From the IMG/VR virus record IMGVR_UViG_3300030906_000642, positions 1 to 58,056 of that record: a DNA stretch of 58,056 nucleotides; one strand, 5' to 3'. Every line of letters starts with the position of its first letter. The stretch's first letter is position 1. Below are positions 35,828 through 45,611 of this stretch, piece after piece. Origin of the DNA: a virus (taxonomy: Duplodnaviria > Caudoviricetes). Under the pieces are notes generated by a model, which had not been told where the DNA came from, searched no databases, and saw nothing but the letters and a program-made list of their open reading frames with translations. The translations under genes were made by a program, and so were the position numbers.

Positions 35828-36120
35828 TCCGCACCCTCGCCATCCTGTCCGCCCTCGCGCTACTCGCCGCCACGCCGGCCCAGGCCCAGACCATCAGCTG
35901 GTCCCCCGGCGTCGACTGCCAGGCCAACGCCCTGGGTGAAGACTGCATCATCACCCCAAGCCTGATGCAGCCAGCCTTCGCCGCCTATCAGGTCGCCCCG
36001 CCGCTCAACCGGGTCTGGTCCGGAGACGATCCCACGTCCCCCACCCTGACCGTCGAACTCCAGTTCCCCGACCTCGCCACCGCACAGAGCGTGCTGGCGG
36101 GGCTGTGGACGGCGAGCTGA
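35824..36120 (+). CDS. Small signal-peptide-bearing protein (fibre tip or partner)
   Basis: MIRTLAILSALALLAATPAQA-Q; one Cys pair; ATGA-coupled to the fibre gene. Confidence 0.68.
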   Translation: MIRTLAILSALALLAATPAQAQTISWSPGVDCQANALGEDCIITPSLMQPAFAAYQVAPPLNRVWSGDDPTSPTLTVELQFPDLATAQSVLAGLWTAS

Positions 36121-36138
36121 TCCGCCTAGGAGACCCTG

Positions 36139-37056
36139 ATGGGCTATTCCGTCGTCACCACGGTGCTCCAGGCCGCCGTCAGCACCCTGCTGACCGATCT
36201 GCCGACGGTGAAGGACGAACTGTCGATCAAGGCCGCCGACACCTCGAACGACGCATGGCTGACACGGGCGATCACCCAGGCGTCGCGGGCGATCGCCGTC
36301 TACACCAAGCGCAAGTTCGCCCCGGAGTATGTGCAGGACCTGTTCGACGTCGAGCAAGATCCCTATCCCTACCAGACCCCCGGCGGCTTCCCCCAGCTGG
36401 AGTTGACCCGCTGGCCCGTCCTGGCCGTGGTTGCCGTGGTCCAGACGCTGGCCCCGGCCAGCAGCCAGCGCCCCGCGACCACCCAGGCCCTTGTCCAGGA
36501 CCTGGACTTCCGGCTCGAGCCCGTCACCGGCCGCCTGCTGCGCCTGAACGCCTTCACCGGCGTGGCGACCCTTTGGGAGGCCATGCCGGTCACCGTTACC
36601 TACACCGCCGGGTTTGGGGCGCTAATCGAGGATACGGACACGGTTCCGGCCTCATCACCCTATCAGGTCACGGTGGCGGAAGCCGGCGCATTCTCCTGCG
36701 GCCAGTCGGTCAGCTACGCCTCCGGCGCGGCCCTGGCCCTGGTTGCCGCCAATCCTGATCAGGGCCAGTACAGCCTGGAGGCGGGCGCCTATAGCTTCAA
36801 CCCGGCGGACGCGGGCCAGCCGCTCGCCTTCGCCTACGCCACCTTCATCATCCCCGCCGACCTGACCGAAATCTGCCTGCGGCTGATCACCATGCGTTTC
36901 CGGGCGAGGGGGCGTGATCCGCTCCTGATGCAGCGGGAAAGCCAGCAGATCGGCGTCGAGCGTTTCTGGGTCGGCGGCTCGCCGGGCCAGACCGGGCAGT
37001 TCCCCGCCGATATCGAGGGCGCCCTGAACGAGTACCGGACGCCCACGCTGGCCTAG
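36139..37056 (+). CDS. Head-tail adaptor (gp6-like) with inserted beta domain
   Basis: LTDLPTVKDEL..ITQASRAIAVYTKRKF, VTYTAGF, IPADLTEICLRLI, LNEYR. Confidence 0.8.
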   Translation: MGYSVVTTVLQAAVSTLLTDLPTVKDELSIKAADTSNDAWLTRAITQASRAIAVYTKRKFAPEYVQDLFDVEQDPYPYQTPGGFPQLELTRWPVLAVVAVVQTLAPASSQRPATTQALVQDLDFRLEPVTGRLLRLNAFTGVATLWEAMPVTVTYTAGFGALIEDTDTVPASSPYQVTVAEAGAFSCGQSVSYASGAALALVAANPDQGQYSLEAGAYSFNPADAGQPLAFAYATFIIPADLTEICLRLITMRFRARGRDPLLMQRESQQIGVERFWVGGSPGQTGQFPADIEGALNEYRTPTLA

Positions 37057-37066
37057 GGGCAGACCT

Positions 37067-37573
37067 ATGGATTTCGTTCATTTTGACATCACCGGCGTGC
37101 GCCAGACCGGCATTCGTTTCGATGAGTTCCCGGACGCGCTTTACGAAGACCTGCGCGTCGAGGTCAACGCCCTGGCGATCGAGCTGTTCGGTCGGGTCGA
37201 GGCGGCGACCCCTGATCGCACCGGCCTGTTGCGCAGCCAGGAGCGGGTGCGGCTGTTCACCGATCCCAATCGGATCACCGGCTATGTCGATGTCGAGGGC
37301 GGCAAGGTTTCGGGCGGCCCCTACGCCAAGGCCGCCTCGCTGGAATACGGCGCCCACGCGTCGACCCAGGTCAAGGCCCACGCCATGGGCCTGGATCACC
37401 ACTGGGCGCTGAAACTGGCGTCGCCGGAGAGGGTGCTGGTCGAGGCCTACAACCGGACGCCAAACATCGCGGAAGTGGCGTTCGAACGCGGCCCGCTGGC
37501 GGTGATGCAGCCCGAAATCGCATCCCGCCTGAACGCCGTCGTCGCCAAGTCGACGGCGGAAGCCAACAGCTAG
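37067..37573 (+). CDS. HK97 gp10-like neck/tail-completion protein
   Basis: TPDRTGLLRS..LEYG motif; position after the adaptor. Confidence 0.7.
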   Translation: MDFVHFDITGVRQTGIRFDEFPDALYEDLRVEVNALAIELFGRVEAATPDRTGLLRSQERVRLFTDPNRITGYVDVEGGKVSGGPYAKAASLEYGAHASTQVKAHAMGLDHHWALKLASPERVLVEAYNRTPNIAEVAFERGPLAVMQPEIASRLNAVVAKSTAEANS

Positions 37574-37604
37574 AACGCTCAAGTCGCGCGGAGAGGAATG
37601 CTCT

Positions 37605-38243
37605 GTGAACAACGATTTCGAGCCGGTGATGGCCGCCCTGTTCGCCCATCTGCAAGGCGCGGTGGTCATCCCCTTCACCGCCAATGCGACAGCGGCGGAT
37701 GCGACCTTGATGGGCATCACTGACCCCGCCGTGGCGCTTCTGTTCCCGGGCCTTCCGGTTTTCGGGCCAGGTGTGGTGCGCGGGGCGACCATCGCCTCGC
37801 TCGATCTGGATGCCGGCACGGTCACCCTGTCCGACCCGCTCGACCAGGGTGGGGACGGCGTCGCGTTTACGACCGGCTTCTTGAGCGCGTCACGGCGCAC
37901 CCAGCACTGGAACCAGGTCGATGAACAGCCGGCCCTGTTCCTGCGGCGCATCGGCGTCACCGACGAACCCGACGAGCTGTTCATGCGCACGACGCTGGAG
38001 TGCGAGGCCTGGATTTACTGCAACGCCGGCGAGGATCCTGCGCTACCGCCGGACAGCGCCCTGACCAGCCTGGAACAGCTGGTTCGCCAGAGCTTCGCCG
38101 CCGATGGTGACTACGGCGACCCTCGCTTCACCCTCGGCGGCATGGTCGATTGGTGCCGCATCGAAGGTCGAGGAACCAGTTCGCCCGGCGACCAGGGCGG
38201 CCAAGCCATCAGCCTTATCCCCATTCGCATCACGCTGCCCTGA
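37605..38243 (+). CDS. Tail terminator-like protein with N-terminal insertion
   Basis: SRRTQHWNQV.EQPALFL, TLGGMVDWCRIEG, IPIRITLP; precedes the tail tube gene. Confidence 0.65.
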   Translation: MNNDFEPVMAALFAHLQGAVVIPFTANATAADATLMGITDPAVALLFPGLPVFGPGVVRGATIASLDLDAGTVTLSDPLDQGGDGVAFTTGFLSASRRTQHWNQVDEQPALFLRRIGVTDEPDELFMRTTLECEAWIYCNAGEDPALPPDSALTSLEQLVRQSFAADGDYGDPRFTLGGMVDWCRIEGRGTSSPGDQGGQAISLIPIRITLP

Positions 38244-38255
38244 GGAGCGCCTCCC

Positions 38256-38510
38256 ATGTCCCACGCCGACACCGTCAACAACTGGTTCCGCGAGCGCCTG
38301 TCGGGCGGCCCGATCGCGCAGCACACCCCGGCCTATAACCAGCTGGTCGAGGCGCTGCCGGACCTGATCACCCGCCTTGAGGTCAAGCTTGCCGCCGCTG
38401 CCGATGATGCGAACCCGGTTCGCGCCGCGCCGGCCAAGGCCGCTAAGGCGCCCCCGGCGGGTGCGCCGGCCGCCCCGCTCGCCGGCGCCAAGCCCGACGC
38501 AGCCGCTTAA
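38256..38510 (+). CDS. Small hypothetical tail-region protein
   Basis: GAGGAG RBS; 84 aa. Confidence 0.6.
   Translation: MSHADTVNNWFRERLSGGPIAQHTPAYNQLVEALPDLITRLEVKLAAAADDANPVRAAPAKAAKAPPAGAPAAPLAGAKPDAAA
38409..38423. repeat. 15-bp palindrome copy 7
   Basis: GCGAACCCGGTTCGC, exact; read as ANPVR. Confidence 0.9.
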
Positions 38511-38558
38511 TCCCAATCTTCGCCCCACCCTCCCGCGCCAACAGGAAAGCCTTCTCCC

Positions 38559-39320
38559 ATGACCGTAGCCCTCAACGGCAAGCCGACCTTCGGCGCTGGC
38601 CGCGTCTTCGCCACCGCTAACCTGACCAACCCCACCCCGGCCCGGGCGATGGTGCCGCAGAGCCAGTCCATCGACTTCAAGCGTAAGACCGAAAGCCTGT
38701 TCGGCGAGAACCAGCTAGCCGTCGCCGTCGGCGCCGGCGAAATGGATGTCACCGGAAAGGTGGAATACGCCAAGATCAACGCCCGGATGTTCGCCGACAA
38801 TCTGTTCGGCGTCGCCAGCACGACCGGCTCCTACGCCGAGGCGGATGGCGAACTGGGCACCGTCGCCGCCAGCACGCCCTTCATCGTCACCGTGGCCAAT
38901 GTGGCCACCTTCCTGTTCGATCTGGGCGTCATCAATGTGCTGACGGGGGCGATCTTGAGCTGCGTCGCGACGGGTTCGGAGGTGGCGGGCAAGTCCTACT
39001 CCGTCGCCAACGGCGTCTACAAGTTCGCCGCCGCCGACGACGGCGCGAACGTCAAGATTTCCTACGCCTATTCGGTGCCGACGGCGGGCGAGACCGTGTC
39101 CCTGACCAACCAGCCCCAGGGTCTGACCGGCAACTTCCAGGCCACCCACGTTCTGCCCTGGGGGACCGAGCAGGACATGTTCGTGTTCGGCAACTGCCTC
39201 TCCGGCGGCGGCGGCTTGTCGATGAAGAAGAGCGGCTTCGCCAGCAACACCCTCGACTACACCGCCGCCTGCAACAGCAACGGGGTGCTCGGCACCGCCA
39301 GCTTCGCCGAAGCGGCTTAA
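38559..39320 (+). CDS. Major tail tube protein with inserted beta domain
   Basis: FGAG..., QSQSIDF..LFGENQLAVAVGAG..TGKV; position before the chaperones and tape measure. Confidence 0.75.
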   Translation: MTVALNGKPTFGAGRVFATANLTNPTPARAMVPQSQSIDFKRKTESLFGENQLAVAVGAGEMDVTGKVEYAKINARMFADNLFGVASTTGSYAEADGELGTVAASTPFIVTVANVATFLFDLGVINVLTGAILSCVATGSEVAGKSYSVANGVYKFAAADDGANVKISYAYSVPTAGETVSLTNQPQGLTGNFQATHVLPWGTEQDMFVFGNCLSGGGGLSMKKSGFASNTLDYTAACNSNGVLGTASFAEAA

Positions 39321-39326
39321 GGCGCC

Positions 39327-39731
39327 ATGACCGAAGAAGAGCGCCGGGCGCTGGGCCAGACCCGGCGCCTGGTGTTTCAAAATCTGGCCAACGGCGTCCC
39401 GGCCGAACAGATTGGCGCGGACATGAAGCTGTCGCAGCTGGAGGTCGACCAGGCGCGCAGGTTTGTCGCCCGCAAGATCGGCGAACACCTGTTCCTGCGC
39501 CGCGCGGCCCCGATCGACTGCCATGATGTCCGCACCATCCGATACAACCGCCGTCCGCTGCTGAGCGTGCTGCGCAAGATCGGCAACCTCGACCTTTCCA
39601 CCGACCTGCTCCTCACCAAGCTCACCGTGCAGGCCATCGACCACCCCGAGATGGTCGAAGGCGCCAAGCACCGCATGGCCGACCATGCGAAGGCCAAGAC
39701 CAAGGATTATGAGAATGACCGGCCAGACTGA
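39327..39731 (+). CDS. Hypothetical protein (possible HTH)
   Basis: 134 aa; GVPAEQIGADMKLSQLEV. Confidence 0.55.
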   Translation: MTEEERRALGQTRRLVFQNLANGVPAEQIGADMKLSQLEVDQARRFVARKIGEHLFLRRAAPIDCHDVRTIRYNRRPLLSVLRKIGNLDLSTDLLLTKLTVQAIDHPEMVEGAKHRMADHAKAKTKDYENDRPD

Positions 39732-40179
39732 ACCTGTGGCGATCGAGCCCGGCACGCCCGCCGTGCGCCTGGCCGGCAAGCTCTGGCCCATCCCGGAACT
39801 GGCCTGGCGCGATCTGAAGAAGTGTCGCTCGGCCTTGCTTGCGCTGACCGACCAGATCAATGACGTCATCGCCGCCGCGAAAGACACCTCCGGCGAAGAC
39901 GACGACGTCCGCGCCCAACGCAATCTGGCCGCCGTGTCGCTGGTGTTCCAGGCCCTCGCTGACGATGATTTCGACCGCCTGGTGGTCGGCCCGATCCATG
40001 CCGGCTTGCAGGCCGCCCACCCGACCCTGTCCCGCGAGGAGTTTGACGGCTGGTCGTTCAGCGAGGCCGAGCTGCAGCTGGCGTGGCTCACCGTGCGCGG
40101 CCAGTCCGGCCTGTTTGTGCTCCGCGCCCCCGGCTCTGATGGCAACGCCTTGTCGGGGGAAGTGGCCGGGGTAGCCTAG
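39715..40179 (+). CDS. Tail assembly chaperone (lambda G-like)
   Basis: Lies before the tape measure gene; ends in slippery GGGGGAA at 40155..40161. Confidence 0.75.
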   Translation: MTGQTEPVAIEPGTPAVRLAGKLWPIPELAWRDLKKCRSALLALTDQINDVIAAAKDTSGEDDDVRAQRNLAAVSLVFQALADDDFDRLVVGPIHAGLQAAHPTLSREEFDGWSFSEAELQLAWLTVRGQSGLFVLRAPGSDGNALSGEVAGVA

Positions 40180-40457
40180 TCCCCGATCCAAACTGGGAGG
40201 GCGTGGTTCTCAACGCCTGCCGCTACTTCGGCCACACGCGGGATTATTGGTGGGGAAACCTCACCTGGGCCATCTACGAAGAGATGGAGTGGCAGCTGGC
40301 GGAAAATCCGCCGGCGGACCGCCTGGCCGCCATCTACTTCATCGGCAACCAATGGTGGGAGCCGCCGACCCGCACAGGCTCCGGCGCGCACATTTCCGCC
40401 GCCAGCGAAGACGCCGATGAAGTCTGGGAAAGCCCGTTCCCCGACGTGACGGACTGA
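40155..40457 (+). CDS. Tail chaperone G-T extension reached by a -1 frameshift
   Basis: The -1 frame is open from GGGGGAA to the stop at 40457 (GSGRGSLVPDPNWEGVVLNAC...). Confidence 0.7.
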   Translation, partial: GGSGRGSLVPDPNWEGVVLNACRYFGHTRDYWWGNLTWAIYEEMEWQLAENPPADRLAAIYFIGNQWWEPPTRTGSGAHISAASEDADEVWESPFPDVTD

Positions 40458-40529
40458 CGCGCTCACCCCGCGCCTGGAGCCCCGCGCCCAAGCAGCGCGC
40501 GGCGCGATAGCGCCCTCAAGGATCATCCG

Positions 40530-43436
40530 ATGACCAACAATATCGCGGTCTCGATCACCGCCGACGTCGCCGATCTGACCGCCAAGCGGGCCATCGCCTC
40601 CACCGAACTGAAGGCGCTGCAGAAGGATCTGAACGACCTCGCCAAGACCGCCAGGGATGGCGGCATGACCGACGAGCTGAAGGCCAGGATGTTGGCCCTT
40701 GGCGACGGGGTGGCCAAGGCCAAGAGCCAGGTCAGCCAGATCGATACGCAGCTGAAGACCTTCGGCCGGACCGCCAATGAGACCGGGGCAGCGGTGGGCG
40801 GCCTGCACGCCGGCACGGCCGGCGTCACCCGTGAACTGCTGGTGATGGGCCGCGAGGCCAGCCGGGGCAACCTCAACCGCCTGGCCGGCTCGGCGACCAT
40901 TCTCGCCGGGCGGCTGGGCCTGCTGACCCCGCAGATCCTGATGGTGGTTGGCGGGGTTCTGGCCCTGGCCGCGCCGGTCGTCTTGGTCGCCGCCGCGATG
41001 GAGTCCGCCGCCAACGACGCCGCCAAATACCAGGGCGCCCTGTCGGCCACCGCCAACTACGCCGGCCTCACCGCCGCCAGCTATCGTGACATGACCAGCG
41101 CGCTGGCCGTCTCCTCGCATATCGGCTTGGGGGAGGCCCGCAAGGAGCTGCTGGACCTAATCAACACCGGCAAGTTCAGCGGCGCGGAGATGCTGCTGAT
41201 CGGCAAAGACTCCAACGCCATGTCGGAGATGACCGGCGAGTCCGCGGACAAGATGTTGTCCGAGTTCGAGAAGATGGGCGACGATGTCGCCAAGTTCGCC
41301 CGGGAGTATCAGGACCACTATCACCAGCTGACCACGGCCCAGTTCGAACACATCGAGGCCTTGCAGAAGGCCGGTGATGTCGAAGGCGCGCAGATGGCCT
41401 TCCTGCAGGCGGTCTACGGCTACCTCGGCAATCAGGCGCCGCGCCAGGTCGGGGCGCTGAAGAGCGCCTGGGACGATCTGACCATCGCGATTGGCGGGGC
41501 CGTGGACGCCGAGAAAAACTATGTTGCCGGTCAGGGCGACACGGCCGCCACACAGATCGCCAAGTCCAAGGCGGCCCTGTCCGAACTCTATGGCGAGAAG
41601 CTGCGTCAGCAGCACGGGGATGACGTCGGCATCTCGCCGGGGCTGCTGGATGAGCGCATCGCCGGCGGCGAGAAAATGCTGGCCTCGCAGCAGGCCTTGG
41701 CCGCCGCCACGGCCAAGACGGCCCAGGACGAGCGCGACAAGGCCAAGGCCCAGACCGAGGGCGTCGATGCGGCGGCCAAGCTGAACGAACAGTTCGAGGC
41801 GTCCAAGACCTCCGGCGAAAAGCTGAAGAAGACCCTGGCGGACATCAACCTGGAGCTGGCGCGCGCAACCGCGGCCGATCCGGGGAACAAGGCCCTCTAC
41901 GAGCAGGAAGCCGCCGCCGCGCGGTCTCAGGCGGTCAAGTCCGATACGCCCCATGCGGCCAAACCGAAGAATGACGAGGTGCAGGTCTGGCAGGAGGAGC
42001 TGCAAACCAAACTCGAGGACGAAAAGGCCTATTTCGGAGACTCCAAGGCGGAGGAACAGAAGTTCTGGACTGACAAGCTGGCCCTGACCACGGCCGGCTC
42101 GTCCCAGCAGCGGGCGGTGAAGACCAAGCTCTATGACCTCGATCGCGACCTGGCGCGGCAGGCCTATGCCGACCAGCTCGCCAGCCTGAACGATCGACTT
42201 GAGGCCGACCGGGGCAACTGGTCGAAACAGCAGGCCGAGTGGGCGACCAAGCTGGCCTTCATCAAGGCCAGTTACGGCGCGCAGAGCAGCGAATACACGA
42301 ACGCCCAGCGCGAGGAGGAGGCCGCCGAGCGCGAGCATCGCTCGACCATGGCGCAGATCCAGCGCGACGCTGAGGCGACCAGCGTGGAGCAGCTGAAAAG
42401 CACGCTTGCCGCCAACAAGACCATCCGCGATGAGGACGCCAGGACCCAGGAGGCTGTAACCCGCGCCAAGGGTTCCGGTTCACCGGTCGGGGAAATCCAG
42501 GCGGCTGTCCAGATCGCCGCCCAAGCGAGGGCGGCCCGCGCCGCCGACCTTGCCGACACCGCGACCACCTACCAAGCCGAGAATGCGCTGCTTCAAGCGG
42601 CGGTGGCCAGGGCCACGGTCAGCTACGGCACGGACTCCAAACAGTACGCCGACGCCCTGAAGGCCAAGCAGGAGGCGGATCAGGCCTATTACGACAAGCG
42701 CCGGGTCATGGAGGATCAGGCGACCCAGCAGTCGATCCGCGACGCGCAGGACATCCAGCAGAAATGGATGGGGATCACCCAGCCGATCGGTTCGGCCATG
42801 AGCGGGATGTTCCAGGGCATGGCCCTGCACCAGCAGACCTTCTCCCAGGCCGCTCTGAAGGCCGGCGACCAGCTGCTGTTCAAGTTCATCGACGTTGAGG
42901 TCCAGGACCTGGAGAAATGGACCGCGACCCAGCTGGCCAAGACGGGCCTGATCAAGACCCAGTCCACCATGCAGGGCCTGGCCCAGGCGGCGGCGGCCAG
43001 CAATACGGCGGTCACCCAGAAGGCGGCCGACCTTGCGGCGGTCACCGGTTACGCCGGTGTCGCCGCCGCCGCGACTTTCGCGGCCTATTCACCCGAGGCC
43101 GCCGCTGATCCGGCGCTGCCCGGCGAAATGGCGGCGGCGGCCTACGGCCAAGCCATGTCGATGGGTTCGTTTGCCAAGGGCATCGACGTCGTCCCGCGGA
43201 ACATGATCGCCCAAATTCACGCTGGCGAACGGATCATGCCGGCGGCCGACAACAGCGCCATCATGGACGCGGTCGGCGCTGGCAAGGGCGGCGGAAGGGG
43301 TGGCGCATCGGTTAACAACACCTTCAACAACAACTTTCACGGCGTCTCCCACGATCCGCATGAGTTGGTCAGCGCGATGATGCCGCTGATCATGGAACGG
43401 TTCGAGAAGATGAAGCGGCGGGGCATGCTCGGATGA
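40530..43436 (+). CDS. Tape measure protein
   Basis: 968 aa, Ala-rich helical; C-terminal FAKG..VPRNMIAQIHAGERIMPA motif. Confidence 0.92.
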   Translation: MTNNIAVSITADVADLTAKRAIASTELKALQKDLNDLAKTARDGGMTDELKARMLALGDGVAKAKSQVSQIDTQLKTFGRTANETGAAVGGLHAGTAGVTRELLVMGREASRGNLNRLAGSATILAGRLGLLTPQILMVVGGVLALAAPVVLVAAAMESAANDAAKYQGALSATANYAGLTAASYRDMTSALAVSSHIGLGEARKELLDLINTGKFSGAEMLLIGKDSNAMSEMTGESADKMLSEFEKMGDDVAKFAREYQDHYHQLTTAQFEHIEALQKAGDVEGAQMAFLQAVYGYLGNQAPRQVGALKSAWDDLTIAIGGAVDAEKNYVAGQGDTAATQIAKSKAALSELYGEKLRQQHGDDVGISPGLLDERIAGGEKMLASQQALAAATAKTAQDERDKAKAQTEGVDAAAKLNEQFEASKTSGEKLKKTLADINLELARATAADPGNKALYEQEAAAARSQAVKSDTPHAAKPKNDEVQVWQEELQTKLEDEKAYFGDSKAEEQKFWTDKLALTTAGSSQQRAVKTKLYDLDRDLARQAYADQLASLNDRLEADRGNWSKQQAEWATKLAFIKASYGAQSSEYTNAQREEEAAEREHRSTMAQIQRDAEATSVEQLKSTLAANKTIRDEDARTQEAVTRAKGSGSPVGEIQAAVQIAAQARAARAADLADTATTYQAENALLQAAVARATVSYGTDSKQYADALKAKQEADQAYYDKRRVMEDQATQQSIRDAQDIQQKWMGITQPIGSAMSGMFQGMALHQQTFSQAALKAGDQLLFKFIDVEVQDLEKWTATQLAKTGLIKTQSTMQGLAQAAAASNTAVTQKAADLAAVTGYAGVAAAATFAAYSPEAAADPALPGEMAAAAYGQAMSMGSFAKGIDVVPRNMIAQIHAGERIMPAADNSAIMDAVGAGKGGGRGGASVNNTFNNNFHGVSHDPHELVSAMMPLIMERFEKMKRRGMLG

Positions 43437-44107
43437 CGCTGCCGGTCTATCCGGGTCGGGACCTGCTGCCGGGCATCACCTATGGCTCTACCTGGTCGCC
43501 CAGCTTCATGAACCTGCCCACGGCCACCACGGCGTCCGGCGCGGACATCGACCTGGCGGTCGCCCAGTATCCGCTGCACGATTTCGAACTGACCTATGAG
43601 TTCCTGCGGGATGGCGTCGGCCCCGGCGTCTGGCGCGACGGCGAGGGGCGGGAATTCCGCACCATGATGGGCTTCCTGCTGGAGACGGCGGGGACGGTGG
43701 GGCGGTTCCTCTACAAGAACCCGGACGACTTCCGGGTCTGGCGCAATCTGATCGGCGTGGGGGATGGCGCGACCACGGTCTTCCCCCTGACCCGCTTCTT
43801 CGGCGCCAACGGCTATGGCGCGAGCGAGCCGGTGGGCCAGGTCAATCTGGGCGAGGCGTTCAACGTCTATCTGAACGGCTCGGCCACACCGGTGAACCCG
43901 GACCTCTACACCGTCAGCACGGCCAGCCCGGTGGCCAATACGATCACCTTCGACACGGCTCCGCCGGCGACCCAGGCCATCGCGGTGGACATGTCCTATT
44001 TCTACTACTGCAAGCTTTCGGCCAACAACAACACGGTCAAGAAGTTCATGAACAGCCTGTGGTCGATGGACAAGGTGGCGCTGCACAGCTGCCGGCCGGG
44101 GGCCTGA
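43433..44107 (+). CDS. Distal tail protein, DUF2460-like (GTA g12-type)
   Basis: TASG..YPLHDFELTYEFL, IGVGDGATTVF, ITFDTAP. Confidence 0.8.
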   Translation: MTLPVYPGRDLLPGITYGSTWSPSFMNLPTATTASGADIDLAVAQYPLHDFELTYEFLRDGVGPGVWRDGEGREFRTMMGFLLETAGTVGRFLYKNPDDFRVWRNLIGVGDGATTVFPLTRFFGANGYGASEPVGQVNLGEAFNVYLNGSATPVNPDLYTVSTASPVANTITFDTAPPATQAIAVDMSYFYYCKLSANNNTVKKFMNSLWSMDKVALHSCRPGA

Positions 44108-44110
44108 GCC

Positions 44111-45019
44111 ATGGCCGCCCTGCTGCGCGCCACCGCCAACGGCCTGCTCGCGGACGCCCTGGCGGCGGGGACGGTTCGTGCCCGCGCCGACCTGTTCACC
44201 TTCACCCTGCTCGACGGGACCATCCTCAACTGGACCAGCTGGGACCAGCCGGTGGTGTTCGCGGGCGTCACCTATTCCCCAGGCGCGCCGGCCGACGGGT
44301 CGCAGACGCCGTGGATCGAACGGACCACTTGGAACGTCTCCAACACCATGGAGATACCGGAGATGACGGTGCTTCTCCGGGCCCTGAACGCCGGCTTCAA
44401 CGGCGGCGCCAATATCAAGACCCAGGTCCATAACGGCCTGTTCGACGGCGCGACCTTCCTGCTGTCTGAAGCCTATATGGTCGCCCCGCCGGTTATCCTC
44501 GACACCGTCCCCCTGTTCGGCGGCAAGATCGCCGGGATCGACCTGACCGCCACCACGGCCACCATCGACGTGCGCGGCAAGATCAACGACCTGGACCAGT
44601 ACGCCCCGCACAACCTCTATCAGATCGGCTGCAACCACGGCTTCTGCGATCCCGGCTGCACCCTCAGCAGCGCGGCGTTCACGGCGGATTTCACGGTCGG
44701 CTCATCCGGCCTGACCTCGTCCTTCCTGCCCTGGCCGGCCACGCCGCCGACGAACGCCAGCACCTACCAGAACGGCCAGATCACCATGTCCAGCGGCGCG
44801 GCCTCGGGCCAGACCCGCACCGTCGGCTTGGCCAACAGTGCTGGCCTCACATTGACCTATCCGCTGTATCAGACCCCCGCGCCGGGGGATGGTTTCTCCG
44901 CTTTCCGGGGTTGCAGCAAAGCGAAGATGGACGACTCCGGCCAGGGCTGCACCGACTACGACAACGTCCAGCACTATAAGGGCTATCCCGACGTGCCGCC
45001 GCCGAACGCGGCCTACTGA
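44111..45019 (+). CDS. Baseplate hub, DUF2163-like (GTA g13-type)
   Basis: ADLFTFTLLDG, GLFDGA, CNHGFCDPGC, GCSK..C..YKGYPDVP. Confidence 0.85.
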   Translation: MAALLRATANGLLADALAAGTVRARADLFTFTLLDGTILNWTSWDQPVVFAGVTYSPGAPADGSQTPWIERTTWNVSNTMEIPEMTVLLRALNAGFNGGANIKTQVHNGLFDGATFLLSEAYMVAPPVILDTVPLFGGKIAGIDLTATTATIDVRGKINDLDQYAPHNLYQIGCNHGFCDPGCTLSSAAFTADFTVGSSGLTSSFLPWPATPPTNASTYQNGQITMSSGAASGQTRTVGLANSAGLTLTYPLYQTPAPGDGFSAFRGCSKAKMDDSGQGCTDYDNVQHYKGYPDVPPPNAAY

Positions 45020-45071
45020 TCGCGCCCTGCTCAAGCGGGCCGAAGGCCGCCAGCACCACGAAAGGTTTTCC

Positions 45072-45608
45072 ATGGTTCGCGTCGAGGGCTGCGACATGCT
45101 GGCCGATGCGGCGGGCGGGGAGGAGCGGCACGTTTTCGCCACGACGGCGGAGGCCGAGGGCCGGGCGGCCTTCATCAACGAGGCCCTGTCCTGGCGCGGC
45201 ACGCCCTTCCGCAACTGCGGCGACGTCAAGGGACCGAACGGCGCGGTCGACTGCGCCATGCTGCTGGTGCGGTCCGCCGTCGACACCGGCAGGATACCCG
45301 CCTTCGATCCGCGGCCCTATTCCCCGACCTGGATGCTGCACCGGCGCGAGGAGAAGTTCGTCGACTGGATGGTCAAGCTCGGCGCCCATGAGGTCGAGCG
45401 GCCCCGGGTGGGCGATATCCTGCTCTGGCAGTTCGGCCGCACCTATGCCCACGGCGCGATCCTGATCAATTCGCGCCAGGTCATCCATGCCTACACCGCC
45501 GCCGGGGCGGTGATCATCTCCGACCTGGACGAGCCGCTGCTGCGGTTCCTGCCGGTCAGCTTCGCCCAGGTCCCTCGGCCGGTTCGCTACTTCGATCTGT
45601 GGGGCTAG
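45072..45608 (+). CDS. NlpC/P60-family tail peptidase (GTA g14-type)
   Basis: ALSWRGTPF, VDCAMLL, GDILLW, HGAI, VIHAY. Confidence 0.88.
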   Translation: MVRVEGCDMLADAAGGEERHVFATTAEAEGRAAFINEALSWRGTPFRNCGDVKGPNGAVDCAMLLVRSAVDTGRIPAFDPRPYSPTWMLHRREEKFVDWMVKLGAHEVERPRVGDILLWQFGRTYAHGAILINSRQVIHAYTAAGAVIISDLDEPLLRFLPVSFAQVPRPVRYFDLWG

Positions 45609-45611
45609 CCC

